This document shows positions 1 to 9,490 of a stretch of 64,000 nucleotides of DNA, one piece after another. The stretch is from Candidatus Latescibacterota bacterium. GTDB lineage: Bacteria; Latescibacterota; UBA2968; UBA8231. The stretch lies in the NCBI GenBank assembly GCA_965223905.1, contig CBDCXV010000001.1, positions 320,001-384,000 on the forward strand. Direction: 5' to 3'. The position numbers were made by a program, and so were the translations under genes. Each line of letters starts with the position of its first letter. Position 1 is the stretch's first letter. The notes under the pieces are model-generated. The model was not told the origin of the DNA and searched no databases. It worked only from the letters and a program-made list of their open reading frames with translations.

Positions 1-2
1 TT

Positions 3-107
3 CGAAGAGATAGGTCGCAGGTCGAGGAAGCCCCTCCCCAGGATGGCGAGCGCTCAGAATATGAAACCCGGCTTCGGGAAGATCTGGCGCGCATGGACAG
101 GGAGTAA
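3..107 (+). CDS. 3' end of a gene cut by the window edge, probably CcmH
   Basis: Frame 3 reads RRDRSQVEEAPPQDGERSEYETRLREDLARMDRE*, stop at 105-107. The tail resembles CcmH C-termini and precedes ccmI-like and ccmABCD genes. Confidence 0.45.
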   Translation, partial: RRDRSQVEEAPPQDGERSEYETRLREDLARMDRE

Positions 108-114
108 CCCGAGC

Positions 115-561
115 GTGGATATCGCGATTATCGCCACCTGCGTGGCACTGGCGCTGACGATCCTGGCATTCGTTGCAGTCCCATTGTTCGAAGCCACCTC
201 CGGTTCGACGGCCCTGCGAACGAGTGGCCAGCGTCGATTGGCGTTGCACGAGCGCAAGGAGCAACTCTACGCTTCGATAAAGGAACTCGAATTCGATCAT
301 TCCGTCGGCAAGCTGTCAGACGACGAATACCAGCGACAGCGGACAGCGCTGGAGAACCAGGCGGTCGGAATCCTGCGCAAGCTTGATCAGCTGAATGGGT
401 ATCCCACCTCGGAGCAATGCATCGCACGCATTGAGCGTGACATCACCGAAATGCGCTCGCGGCAGGATCATCCCGGGGCTGCGGCTTTCTTCTGTACTGC
501 TTGCGGTGCCCCGGGTGCGGAGAGCCATCGCTTCTGCTCCCAGTGCGGCGCTCCCCTGTGA
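115..561 (+). CDS. CcmI-like protein with C-terminal zinc ribbon
   Basis: N-terminal TM segment, then 'KEQLYASIKELEFDHSVGKLSDDEY' (CcmI N-terminal pattern), then CxxC...CxxC. GTG start at 115 preferred to 43. Confidence 0.7.
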   Translation: MDIAIIATCVALALTILAFVAVPLFEATSGSTALRTSGQRRLALHERKEQLYASIKELEFDHSVGKLSDDEYQRQRTALENQAVGILRKLDQLNGYPTSEQCIARIERDITEMRSRQDHPGAAAFFCTACGAPGAESHRFCSQCGAPL

Positions 562-1697
562 CTCCGGTTAAAGCGCTTGGCCGTATCTCCTTCCTCTATT
601 TTGCACTGCATCTCACTCCGGTCTGCGGCGACACGATCGAGGCCTACGTCGTTCACGGCGAATCGGGCGAATCCCTGGGCGGCATCGAAGTCGCCTTTCT
701 GGTCGACCGCGGTTCACCGGAGGAGATCCTGCGCAAGCGCACCGATAGAGGAGGTAGGATCTCCTTCTCCGGTCCCTTCCTGACCCGGGATCTGACCTTC
801 ATACTCGTCCCTTTCTACCGCGGCATTCCCTACCCCACCGCGCGCTTGCAGGCCGGCACGCAGAAACAGATCGTTCTCGAGGTATTCGAACCGGACGGCG
901 AGAGAGCCGATCTGAAAATCGACAACCACCGCATGGTTCTCACCGTCGGTTCGAAACAGATCGAAGTCGCCCAATTCGTCGAGATCGAAAACCAGGGACG
1001 CGGGACCTATGCGGGAAGCGGGGATGGGGAGGAACGGCGAGTCACCGAATTCCTGTTGCCTGCCGGCGCGTTCGGCTTGCGCTCCCTTTCCGGGGATCTG
1101 AAACCGGCAGGAGCCAACCGGTTCTTCGACACCCAACCTCTTCCCCCGGGACATTCCACAATCGCGTTTTCTTTCGAGCTCGATCGGACGACCGCAGGCT
1201 CGGCATACCGCCATCACTTCCCCTATCCGACGAAGCTCATCGAGCTGTATCTGTCCCCGGCGGCGGTTGACCTGCCGGCGCCATTCGTCGACCACGGCGA
1301 AGTCCGGATTCACGAGCGCGCATACCGCAGGTACCTGCTCCGACCCGAGGCCGGCGCCGCCAGGGTCGACATTCCGCTGGAGGCCCACAGTCCCATGGGC
1401 TGGATGATGAAATGGCTGGCCCTGGGGGGTGCGTTGGTGACAGCCCTGCTCGCAGCAGGAGTCAGCAGGGGGCTTCATGTCCCCGAGGAAACCGCGTCCT
1501 TGCGCCAGCAAGCAGCTAGGTCCGCGGGTATTGACCCTCAGGCAACCCGGGACGACCTCGAGCGCATACGCACTCAGCTCCTCACAAAGCTGGCTTCCTA
1601 TCCGCGTGGAGATCTCTCGAGGGAGGATCGCGCCCGCCGGGAGGATCTGATGCGCCGCGCCGAGGCTGTATATCAGCTTCTGGAAGGGGATGCCTGA
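558..1697 (+). CDS. Exported, membrane-anchored hypothetical protein in ccm cluster
   Basis: Long ORF whose GTG overlaps the upstream stop. Signal-like N-terminus, beta-rich middle, TM helix near the C-terminus, helical tail. Confidence 0.65.
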   Translation: MTPVKALGRISFLYFALHLTPVCGDTIEAYVVHGESGESLGGIEVAFLVDRGSPEEILRKRTDRGGRISFSGPFLTRDLTFILVPFYRGIPYPTARLQAGTQKQIVLEVFEPDGERADLKIDNHRMVLTVGSKQIEVAQFVEIENQGRGTYAGSGDGEERRVTEFLLPAGAFGLRSLSGDLKPAGANRFFDTQPLPPGHSTIAFSFELDRTTAGSAYRHHFPYPTKLIELYLSPAAVDLPAPFVDHGEVRIHERAYRRYLLRPEAGAARVDIPLEAHSPMGWMMKWLALGGALVTALLAAGVSRGLHVPEETASLRQQAARSAGIDPQATRDDLERIRTQLLTKLASYPRGDLSREDRARREDLMRRAEAVYQLLEGDA

Positions 1698-1709
1698 GGC
1701 AGGGAACTC

Positions 1710-2396
1710 ATGGCCCTACCTGCAATACAACTCTTCGATGTGAGCAAACGATTCGGGCCTCTGGCGGCTCTGGACGGGATTTCCCTCACCATTCGGCCCG
1801 GCGAGTTCGTCCTCGTTGCAGGTCCCAACGGTGCCGGAAAAAGCACCTTGGTGCGATTGTTGTCCGGCCTGTCACAACCCACCCGTGGACGGGTGTTGAT
1901 TTCCGGTTGTGAGCCGCACAAAGCATCCGCGCGGCACGCCGTTGGCTTGCTTTCGCATCAGCCACTGCTTTACGGCGACCTTTCTGCCCGAGAGAATCTG
2001 GAATTCTTCGCCCGCATGTACGGAGTCCCCCACGGATCCCGCGTAGACACCCTGATCGCCGAGGGAGGAATCGAGCCGTTTCAGCACCGCCGGGTTCGCG
2101 AGCTTTCGCGCGGGATGAAGCAACGCATGGCACTAGCGCGCGCCATGGTTCAGGATCCGGGGTTGCTTCTGCTCGACGAGCCGTTCGAGGCTCTGGACGA
2201 CAAAGGCTCAGGTGACTTGCTGCGGCAGTTGCGACAACTCAAGAGCCTGGGGAAAACCGTTGTCGTCATCGCGCACCGATTCGATGAGTTGGCCGATCTC
2301 GTTACCCGCCTTGTCCTTTTGCGTGGAGGGCGCCTGCAGCGGCAATCCCAGTGGGTAGGAGACGCCAGCCAGCTGCGGGCCGCCTGTACGGTTTAA
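1710..2396 (+). CDS. ccmA: Heme exporter ATP-binding protein CcmA
   Basis: Walker A GPNGAGKST, signature LSRGMKQR, Walker B LLLDEP; directly upstream of ccmB and ccmC. Confidence 0.9.
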   Translation: MALPAIQLFDVSKRFGPLAALDGISLTIRPGEFVLVAGPNGAGKSTLVRLLSGLSQPTRGRVLISGCEPHKASARHAVGLLSHQPLLYGDLSARENLEFFARMYGVPHGSRVDTLIAEGGIEPFQHRRVRELSRGMKQRMALARAMVQDPGLLLLDEPFEALDDKGSGDLLRQLRQLKSLGKTVVVIAHRFDELADLVTRLVLLRGGRLQRQSQWVGDASQLRAACTV

Positions 2397-2425
2397 GTCT
2401 CGATGCATATCCGCGAGTTCGGAGT

Positions 2426-3151
2426 ATGAAGAGTACGGGACGAATGGGTGCTTCCCTGACCAGGCAAATCGGCACGATCCTTTGGAAGGACACGACGCTC
2501 GAGTGGCGCATGAGAGCCCGGCTTGTCCCCACTGCTTTTTTCGTGCTTCTGATGCTCCTGGTGTTCAACTTTTCCTTCGAGCTGGGCGGAGCCGCCTTGA
2601 CCGAGATCGGCCCGGGTGTATTGTGGGGGGCCTATGTATTCGCGAGCCTGTTCGGACTCAACCAGACCTTTGCGTCGGAGCGGGAAAATCACTGTCTGGA
2701 TGCGCTTCTGCTGTCCGCCGGAAATCCCTCCGCTCTCTACTTGGCCAAGATGCTGGGGAACGTTCTCTTTCTGCTCGTTGTTGAAATGATCAGTTTGCCC
2801 GTTTTCGCGCTCTTTTTCAACCTCCCCCTCAGGCCTCCGCTGATACTCTTGCTTCCCGTCTTGCTGCTGGGTTCTGCAGGGTTGGCGGCGGTGGGAACGT
2901 TGTTTGCCGCCATGGCGCAACACACGCGGCTTCGCGAGTTCATTCTTCCCATGCTGATACTGCCAGTGATCGTGCCCCTGGTCATATCCTGCGTTGAGGC
3001 GACAACCGCGGCATTGGAGCAGATGCGCCTCGGACTGCAGGCGGATCTGCGTTCCGTGTGGTGGCGGCATCTGCAGATTCTCGCCGTATACACGTTGGTT
3101 TTCACTACGTTGTCGACAATGTTGTTCGACTACATTGTCGAGGAATCCTGA
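2426..3151 (+). CDS. ccmB: Heme exporter permease CcmB
   Basis: Polytopic membrane protein with 'ILWKD..LEWR', 'FASERENHCLDALLLS' and 'REFILPMLILPVIVP'. Start approximate. Confidence 0.9.
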   Translation: MKSTGRMGASLTRQIGTILWKDTTLEWRMRARLVPTAFFVLLMLLVFNFSFELGGAALTEIGPGVLWGAYVFASLFGLNQTFASERENHCLDALLLSAGNPSALYLAKMLGNVLFLLVVEMISLPVFALFFNLPLRPPLILLLPVLLLGSAGLAAVGTLFAAMAQHTRLREFILPMLILPVIVPLVISCVEATTAALEQMRLGLQADLRSVWWRHLQILAVYTLVFTTLSTMLFDYIVEES

Positions 3152-3155
3152 CCAA

Positions 3156-3830
3156 ATGGGGTCCCGCTTTCTGTCGATTTGCGTGTTCGCCACAATGCTG
3201 CTGGCCTTGGCAGCGGTCTTTCTGTACGCGCCGAGCGAGCGGGAAATGGGAGATGTCCAAAGGATCTTCTACTTCCACGTCCCGGCAGCCATGACCGCCT
3301 TCGCTGCTTTTTTCATCGTCTTCATCGCCAGCATCGCCTACCTCAACACGCGTCAGGCACGCTGGGACCAAATCGCCATTGCCGCGGCGGAGCTCGGTGT
3401 CCTGTTTTCGACCATCAACCTCGTTACCGGTCCGCTGTGGGCAAAGCCGGTCTGGGGAGTGTACTGGCGCTGGGAACCTCGCCTGACGACGATGCTCGTT
3501 ACCTTCGCCATGTACGTCGCCTACCTGATGGTCCGTGCATACGCATCCGGCGAAGCGAACCAGATGCGACGCATCGCCGCGGTGCTTGGGATCGTCGCGT
3601 TCGTCAATGTTCCGCTCGTTTACTACTCGGTGGATTTGTGGGCGCCGGAGCAGCAACTGCACCCACAGCGGGGAATCCGGATCGCGCCGGAGATGGCGCA
3701 GACGAAATACCTCTGTTATCTGGCTTTCGGATTGCTGTTCTTCTACCTGCTGAGATTGAGGGTGGAGCTGGAACGCTCCGCAGGGGTTCTCGAAGAAATT
3801 CGATTCCGCTTCCGGCAGTCCGAATCGTGA
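3156..3830 (+). CDS. ccmC: Heme delivery protein CcmC
   Basis: 'RIFYFHVP', WWD-type motif 'GPLWAKPVWGVYWRWEPRLTT', conserved His in 'QLHP'. Confidence 0.92.
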   Translation: MGSRFLSICVFATMLLALAAVFLYAPSEREMGDVQRIFYFHVPAAMTAFAAFFIVFIASIAYLNTRQARWDQIAIAAAELGVLFSTINLVTGPLWAKPVWGVYWRWEPRLTTMLVTFAMYVAYLMVRAYASGEANQMRRIAAVLGIVAFVNVPLVYYSVDLWAPEQQLHPQRGIRIAPEMAQTKYLCYLAFGLLFFYLLRLRVELERSAGVLEEIRFRFRQSES

Positions 3831-3884
3831 AGCAGGCGGCCGTGCCGCCGGTCACAATACTCGAACTCCCGAAAGGACTTTCCG

Positions 3885-4046
3885 ATGCAGACCGATCCCA
3901 ACCTCGCCTATCTGTTCGCGGCTTGCACCGCTGTCTGGGTCATCCTGTTCGCTTACATCGGGCACCTGAAAAAGCGCAGCTCTTCCCTGGCTGAGCAGTT
4001 GCGAAGTCTGTTTTCTTCCACTCGAGCAACAAACGACGAAAGTTGA
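3885..4046 (+). CDS. ccmD: CcmD-family small membrane protein (53 aa, absent from ORF track)
   Basis: MQTDPNLAYLFAACTAVWVILFAYIGHLKKRSSSLAEQLRSL...: single TM plus charged tail, directly after ccmC. Confidence 0.75.
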   Translation: MQTDPNLAYLFAACTAVWVILFAYIGHLKKRSSSLAEQLRSLFSSTRATNDES

Positions 4047-4093
4047 TATTTATCAATTATTTATGGGCTAATTAGTTGGTTCGGCAGATGCTG

Positions 4094-4123
4094 TTGACAC
4101 GCTTTTTTGCAGCGTGTTATATT
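4094..4123 (+). promoter_or_regulatory. Sigma70-like promoter overlapped by an inverted repeat
   Basis: TTGACA (4094-4099), 18 nt, TGn-TATATT (4118-4123). ACACGCT-N7-AGCGTGT overlaps the -35 box and spacer. Confidence 0.55.
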
Positions 4124-4172
4124 TCGCCAACGCAGCAGGCAACCCTCCCCCTGCTCAAGGTGCGCGGCTACC

Positions 4173-4808
4173 ATGGTTGAGATGCAGGTACGAGAAATTC
4201 AGGCCAATTCCGGAACCTATCACCGTGTTGTCCTCCAAAAGAAGGGGGGTGCCTCCTACCTGCATATCATGATCGGTCCCAGCGAAGCCGGGGCTATTTC
4301 CGCTGCGCACAATGGTCAGAAGCCGGTGCGTCCTCTGAGTTACGATCTAGCCTGCGCGTTGCTCAACGAAATAAACGCCCGCATCGATCGGGTCGAGATC
4401 ACTGCCCTTCGCGACGGCATCTACTATGCCGAGATTCACCTCCAGGGCGCCGATGGTACATCCTCCGCCATCGATTCGCGGCCGAGCGACGCGATCGCCC
4501 TCGCCTTGCGGACAGATGCGCCGATTTTCGCTTCTGAAGATGTGCTCGAAGATGGGGCCGAAAAGGCGCTCGAGCTGTCTGGATCCCCGGAACCCGCTCC
4601 TGGCAAGCCCGCACTGAAGAAACCGGGTTTCCGCGAGTTTCCCGGCGCAGGGATGAAAGGAATTTCCGGCCGACCAGCAAACGACGAGGATACCCCGAGC
4701 CCACTCGATCTATTGAAAAGGCGCTTGGAGCAGGCGGTTTCCGAGGAGGCCTACGAGGAAGCGGCGCGACTTCGCGATCGCATCACCGAACTGCAGCGCC
4801 AACCCTGA
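4173..4808 (+). CDS. Bifunctional nuclease family (DUF151) protein with C-terminal UVR domain, copy 1
   Basis: 'IMIGPSEA', 'RPLSYDL', 'IDSRPSDAIALALR'; UVR tail 'LEQAVSEEAYEEAARLRDRI'. Confidence 0.88.
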   Translation: MVEMQVREIQANSGTYHRVVLQKKGGASYLHIMIGPSEAGAISAAHNGQKPVRPLSYDLACALLNEINARIDRVEITALRDGIYYAEIHLQGADGTSSAIDSRPSDAIALALRTDAPIFASEDVLEDGAEKALELSGSPEPAPGKPALKKPGFREFPGAGMKGISGRPANDEDTPSPLDLLKRRLEQAVSEEAYEEAARLRDRITELQRQP

Positions 4809-4821
4809 TTCCGCACTTCCG

Positions 4822-5541
4822 ATGAGTGCCGGTAACTCGAAGCCAGTTGGGTCCCTTGTAGAGATGTCCGTAATCAAAGTGACCCCCTTTCCGCGCGCCG
4901 AAAAACCCCTTCTCTGGCTGTGCGAAAAAAATGCCGCTATGCCGCGGTTGCTCCCGATCGCCATAGGTGAATTCGAGGCGGCCGCTATTCAGCTGAAACT
5001 CCGTCAAGACCAGCCTCCGCTACGACCTATCTCGCACGATTTGTTGACTACTATGCTCGAGCGCATGAAAGCGGATGCACGAAGAATCATCATTCACTCA
5101 GTGCACAATTCCACATTCTACGCAACCGTTGTCTTGGAAATCGAAGGGGCCCTTCACGAGGTAGATGCTAGGCCTTCCGATGCCGTGGCCATGGGATTGC
5201 GGGCGAAGGCCCCTTTGTATGCGACGGGGCAGGTCCTGGACATGGCGGGGTACTCAAGTGGCGATTCCATTGACAAGGCGATCGAGGACTTCTCCGAATT
5301 CGATCCTCAGATTGTCAACGATGCGGGTGCTGGCCTCGATCTCAAAGGGGCAGATGCCGGCATTTCCCACCCTGACCAGGTGGAAACCGGTCTCGACAGC
5401 ACGGAAGCCACCCACTCACACAGGCACAGGCTGTTACTGCTGCGCCATCTTCTCGAAATAGCCGTCATCTGCGAGGAATACGAAAAAGCTGCGGAACTGC
5501 GTGACGAGATCGCCCGCTCCGCCGCAGGGCCCGACTCGTAA
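4822..5541 (+). CDS. Bifunctional nuclease family (DUF151) protein with UVR domain, copy 2
   Basis: 'LPIAIGEFEA', 'RPISHDL', 'VDARPSDAVAMGLR'; tail 'EEYEKAAELRDEI'. Confidence 0.88.
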   Translation: MSAGNSKPVGSLVEMSVIKVTPFPRAEKPLLWLCEKNAAMPRLLPIAIGEFEAAAIQLKLRQDQPPLRPISHDLLTTMLERMKADARRIIIHSVHNSTFYATVVLEIEGALHEVDARPSDAVAMGLRAKAPLYATGQVLDMAGYSSGDSIDKAIEDFSEFDPQIVNDAGAGLDLKGADAGISHPDQVETGLDSTEATHSHRHRLLLLRHLLEIAVICEEYEKAAELRDEIARSAAGPDS

Positions 5542-5596
5542 TCGCAGTTCGGTCCCCGGTCCCCAACCCGACTGTATTCCTTTGAATTTTCTCGGT

Positions 5597-6097
5597 ATGA
5601 TCCGTCTCGAAGTTTCATCTCCGTCCCGGTCGGCGGTCGTAGCCTCGTTGTGGCTGCTTGCAAGTGCTTGCGGGGATTCGACTGACGATCGCAGGTATTC
5701 AACGCCTGCGGCTACATACAAAACCTACCGACAAGCCGTTGAAAAGAACGACGCGGTCGCGGCCTGGGATTGTCTGGCAGCGAGCTACCGGAAAGCTGAC
5801 TTCGAAGGAGACCTGGAGCGCTGGGAGGACGACTGGCCGGAGCATCGCCGGACTTTGGAACAGGACTTGGCGAGACGGGAAATCGTCGAAGAGCGCGAAA
5901 TCAACAATCGGATCGCCTATCTGCTGTTCGATGTCGATACCGGCAATGGTGAATCGCCGACGTCACCCTATTTCTACTTTCTCCGCGAGGACGATCTGCG
6001 CAGTAAGGGCTGGAAGATAACCTCCTATCTCGACAGCACTTTCCACCAGGAACTCGAACGAGCCATCGCGAGCGGCGAATACTCGGTGCCTCGCTGA
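5597..6097 (+). CDS. Hypothetical lipoprotein
   Basis: Hydrophobic signal ending in lipobox 'LASAC'; mature part resembles small NTF2-like exported proteins. Confidence 0.65.
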   Translation: MIRLEVSSPSRSAVVASLWLLASACGDSTDDRRYSTPAATYKTYRQAVEKNDAVAAWDCLAASYRKADFEGDLERWEDDWPEHRRTLEQDLARREIVEEREINNRIAYLLFDVDTGNGESPTSPYFYFLREDDLRSKGWKITSYLDSTFHQELERAIASGEYSVPR

Positions 6098-6311
6098 CTA
6101 GAGAGTGCCGCCATCTTCGGGCGGCCGGTCACCTGAACCCACCCCGGTTTTTGGATTTGTCCCCTGTTTGCTGCAACTGCACCCGGAATGGCTCTATACC
6201 GAGCATGCCTGATATGCATTGCGCCCCATTCTTGCACATTGGAACTGCGCCGGCCTATTTTGGCCTTGCTTTGCGGTGACTGCAGCAACCTGGGAGGAGG
6301 AGGAAGGATAC

Positions 6312-6845
6312 GTGCCATCGTCGCTTTTCAGGAGTTGTGCAGCAGGAATTATCGTCTGCCTGATCGGGATGGTCCCGCCGTCAAGCGCCCAGAAGGGCAG
6401 AACCCTGTTCGGCGAAAATCAGGTTGAGACGATCAAAGCGATGAAAAAGATCGTCAAGGCGATAGGCGTGAAGCAGTGTACTTATTGCCACATAAAAAAG
6501 GGCGGAAAACCGAAGTTCGACCTGGAAACACCGAACAAGGAGATTGCCCGGCATATGAAGCAGGGTTTCATCGACAGTTTGGTTTCATGGGGTCGGGTCG
6601 AGCTGAGCCTTTCGGAGTCGGATTACAAAACCGGCGTGGTCGCCGAGTACATCCCCTCGGGCGAAAACGCGGGAATTCACCTGACAGCCACAACCGGAGC
6701 TGCGCTTGAGGAAGGTGAGAATCTGCCCGAAGGTATTGTGGCAAAGAGCTACACAGGTGTGGTTGCCTTGCCAGAAGAAGGGGAAGGCATTACGTGCATG
6801 ACCTGCCACAACCGCAAATTGCACTTCCTGACCTCTTCCAAGTAG
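6312..6845 (+). CDS. Secreted diheme c-type cytochrome (reaction-centre cytochrome c-like pattern)
   Basis: Purine-rich RBS before GTG 6312, signal peptide, two CxxCH motifs (CTYCH, CMTCH), pattern 'M...IGV..CxxCH...K.IAR.M...ITCxTCH'. Confidence 0.75.
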   Translation: MPSSLFRSCAAGIIVCLIGMVPPSSAQKGRTLFGENQVETIKAMKKIVKAIGVKQCTYCHIKKGGKPKFDLETPNKEIARHMKQGFIDSLVSWGRVELSLSESDYKTGVVAEYIPSGENAGIHLTATTGAALEEGENLPEGIVAKSYTGVVALPEEGEGITCMTCHNRKLHFLTSSK

Positions 6846-7355
6846 CACATCTTCAGTCTTTTCTAGAATTTCGACAACCTGCCTTTTCTCGGTTTGGGAC
6901 GCGGTTCCGGCGGCGGTCCAGGACGATGAATACGAGGCACCGCACACCCTCTGCTGCCGTCACTGCTGGCTTTTTCGCTTGCCAATTTCTGGTTTTCCCC
7001 CTGATCGGCGATTACCACAAACGCCCGGGCTGATCGCCGCGGAGTTCAGCATCTTTGGTGGCTGTTGCTGTTTGTCTTGCACCGGGAAGGCTGCCGGCGC
7101 TGGACTGCTGTCTGATGTTGCCCAACGCCACTCATCTCAGTGTCTGGCTGCAGCAGCAATGGCAGGTGTCGGCTGTGCCTTGCTGGTGTACCGGTTACCG
7201 GTATAGATGCTCTCTGACTCAGCGCAGCTTCTGACACCCTCCGCGCTGCTTGCCGCCTTGGTCCTGCTGGTGTAGGAATTTCGCTACATGCGTGCCAAGA
7301 AGCCGATCATGCCGTCGATTCGTCTCCGCATAGCAGACTTGCGCCACGTTTGGGT

Positions 7356-8225
7356 TCAGGCAAGCGCCTGAACCACCGCGTCCCCGATTTCGGCAGGACT
7401 CTGACAAACGCTGACCCCTGCCTTCTCGAGGGCTTCCATCTTTTCGTCTGCAGTACCCTTGCCACCGGAAATAATGGCCCCGGCATGACCCATGCGACGA
7501 CCGGGAGGTGCCGTGCGACCGGCTATGAAGCCGAATACGGGTTTCTCGAAATATTGGCGAACGTACGCGGCCGCCACTTCTTCATCGCTGCCCCCGATTT
7601 CTCCGATCATCACCACCGCATCGGTTTCGTCATCCTTTTGGAACAGTTTGAACGCGTCGATAAAACGAGTTCCGATAACAGGGTCACCGCCGATTCCGAT
7701 GCACGTCGACTGGCCGAGCCCCCGCTGCGTGAGCTGATCCACCGTTTCGTAGGTGAGGGTGCCGCTACGCGATACGACACCGATTCGTCCCCTCTGGTGA
7801 ATGAACCCTGGCATGATCCCGATCTTGCACTGGCCGGGTGAAATGATCCCGGGACAGTTGGGACCGATCAGCCGCGTCGACCTGCTAGCCACGTAGTGAT
7901 AGGCACGCACCATGTCGCGTAACGGGATGTTTTCGGTAATACAGACCACAAGCTCGATGCCGGCATCCGCTGCTTCCATGATGGCATCGGCCGCATATGG
8001 TGCCGGAACGAAGATGACCGATGCTGTTGCGCCGGTATCTCGGACCCCTTCGGCCACTGTATTGAAAACCGGGAGTCCTTCGAACTCCTGGCCTCCCTTT
8101 CCGGGAGTCGCCCCCCCGACAAGGAGTGTTCCGTACTCGATCATCTGCCGGGTGTGAAACGAGCCCTCCGAGCCGGTGATTCCCTGCACGAAAACGCGGG
8201 TGTCCTCACCGACGAGAATGCTCAC
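7356..8225 (-). CDS. sucD: Succinyl-CoA synthetase alpha subunit
   Basis: 'VQGITG', 'LIGPNCPG', 'SRSGTLTYE', phospho-His motif 'MGHAGA'. Confidence 0.97.
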   Translation of the reverse strand: MSILVGEDTRVFVQGITGSEGSFHTRQMIEYGTLLVGGATPGKGGQEFEGLPVFNTVAEGVRDTGATASVIFVPAPYAADAIMEAADAGIELVVCITENIPLRDMVRAYHYVASRSTRLIGPNCPGIISPGQCKIGIMPGFIHQRGRIGVVSRSGTLTYETVDQLTQRGLGQSTCIGIGGDPVIGTRFIDAFKLFQKDDETDAVVMIGEIGGSDEEVAAAYVRQYFEKPVFGFIAGRTAPPGRRMGHAGAIISGGKGTADEKMEALEKAGVSVCQSPAEIGDAVVQALA

Positions 8226-9379
8226 GACAGCACCTTCACAGCTTTCTCCGCGGCGTCCTTCAAACCGACGGCAACGGGGAAATCCACGTCGGATTCCCGC
8301 AGTCTTCTCGCAGCTTCTTCTGCATTTGTACCGGCCAGTCGTACTACAACCGGGAGCTGTATGTCGATCTTCTTGCGTGCCTCAATAACCCCTTCGGCGA
8401 CGCGGTCGCAACGCACGATACCGCCGAAGATGTTGATCAAGATTGCTTTGACATTCGGGTCTGACAGAAGGATGCGGAATCCATTTTCCACAGTCTCGGC
8501 ACTGGCACCGCCCCCTACATCGAGGAAGTTGGCCGGTTTGCCGCCAGCAAGCTTTATGATGTCCATAGTAGCCATGGCCAGGCCTGCGCCGTTCACCATG
8601 CAGCCGATGTTGCCGTCGAGCTTTATGTAGTTCAGGCCATGTTTCGATGCCTCGACCTCCAAGTCCTCCTCTTCATCGAGGTCGCGCAGTTCGCCGTGAT
8701 CGCGGTGTCGAAAAAAACCGTTGTCGTCGAAATTGATCTTCGCGTCCAGCGCCATGAGCTCATCCTGGCTGGTGAGAGCGATCGGGTTGACCTCGGCCAG
8801 CGAGCAGTCCTCGGTCTGATACATCTCGTACAACCCAAGTATGAACCGGGCGGCCTCGCGAGCCACCGCGCCGCTCAAACCAAGCCCGAATGCGAGGCGA
8901 GATGTCTGAAACGGAAGCAATCCAGTGGAGGGGTCCACTGTTTCGGAAAGAATTTTTTCCGGCATTCGGGCGGCGACCTGCTCGATCTCCATCCCGCCCT
9001 CTGTGCTGGCTATGACGACCAGTTTGGACTGTGCACGGTCCAGGGCTATCCCGAGATAGAATTCTCTGGTTATGTCGCTTGCTTTTTCCACCAGCACCTG
9101 TTTGACCCGCTGCCCTTCGGGTCCCGTCTGGTGGGTGACCAGCTGCATGCCGATAATCTGCTCGGCCGCCTGACGCGCCGCCTCCGCATTGTCAGCTACC
9201 TTGATTCCACCCCCCTTGCCGCGGCCTCCAGCGTGAATCTGTGCTTTGACGACGACGCGACCTCCTAGCCCGGCTGCTATCTGCGCAGCGCATTCTGGTG
9301 TTGTTGCTACATCCCCCGGAGGCACGGCGACACCGTAGGTGCGGAGCAGCTTCTTGGCCTGGAATTCGTGGATTTTCAT
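8222..9379 (-). CDS. sucC: Succinyl-CoA synthetase beta subunit
   Basis: 'MKIHEFQAK', '[14 protein letters not shown]', '[11 protein letters not shown]', '[10 protein letters not shown]'. Confidence 0.97.
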   Translation of the reverse strand: MKIHEFQAKKLLRTYGVAVPPGDVATTPECAAQIAAGLGGRVVVKAQIHAGGRGKGGGIKVADNAEAARQAAEQIIGMQLVTHQTGPEGQRVKQVLVEKASDITREFYLGIALDRAQSKLVVIASTEGGMEIEQVAARMPEKILSETVDPSTGLLPFQTSRLAFGLGLSGAVAREAARFILGLYEMYQTEDCSLAEVNPIALTSQDELMALDAKINFDDNGFFRHRDHGELRDLDEEEDLEVEASKHGLNYIKLDGNIGCMVNGAGLAMATMDIIKLAGGKPANFLDVGGGASAETVENGFRILLSDPNVKAILINIFGGIVRCDRVAEGVIEARKKIDIQLPVVVRLAGTNAEEAARRLRESDVDFPVAVGLKDAAEKAVKVLS

Positions 9380-9490
9380 GGTGATGGCTGCGCCCCGGCT
9401 TTGGAAATCATTTCCCAGACGCAAACCCGTCAGGGAGACGTTCGTTTTCAGCGGCGTCTCCGGTTCTAAACTTCATCCCCATCGACGCGC

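Noticed and set aside
6312-6845. Evidence of phototrophy from the reaction-centre-like cytochrome
   Set aside because: Only two hemes and no puf or bch genes in the window; such cytochromes also occur in non-phototrophs.
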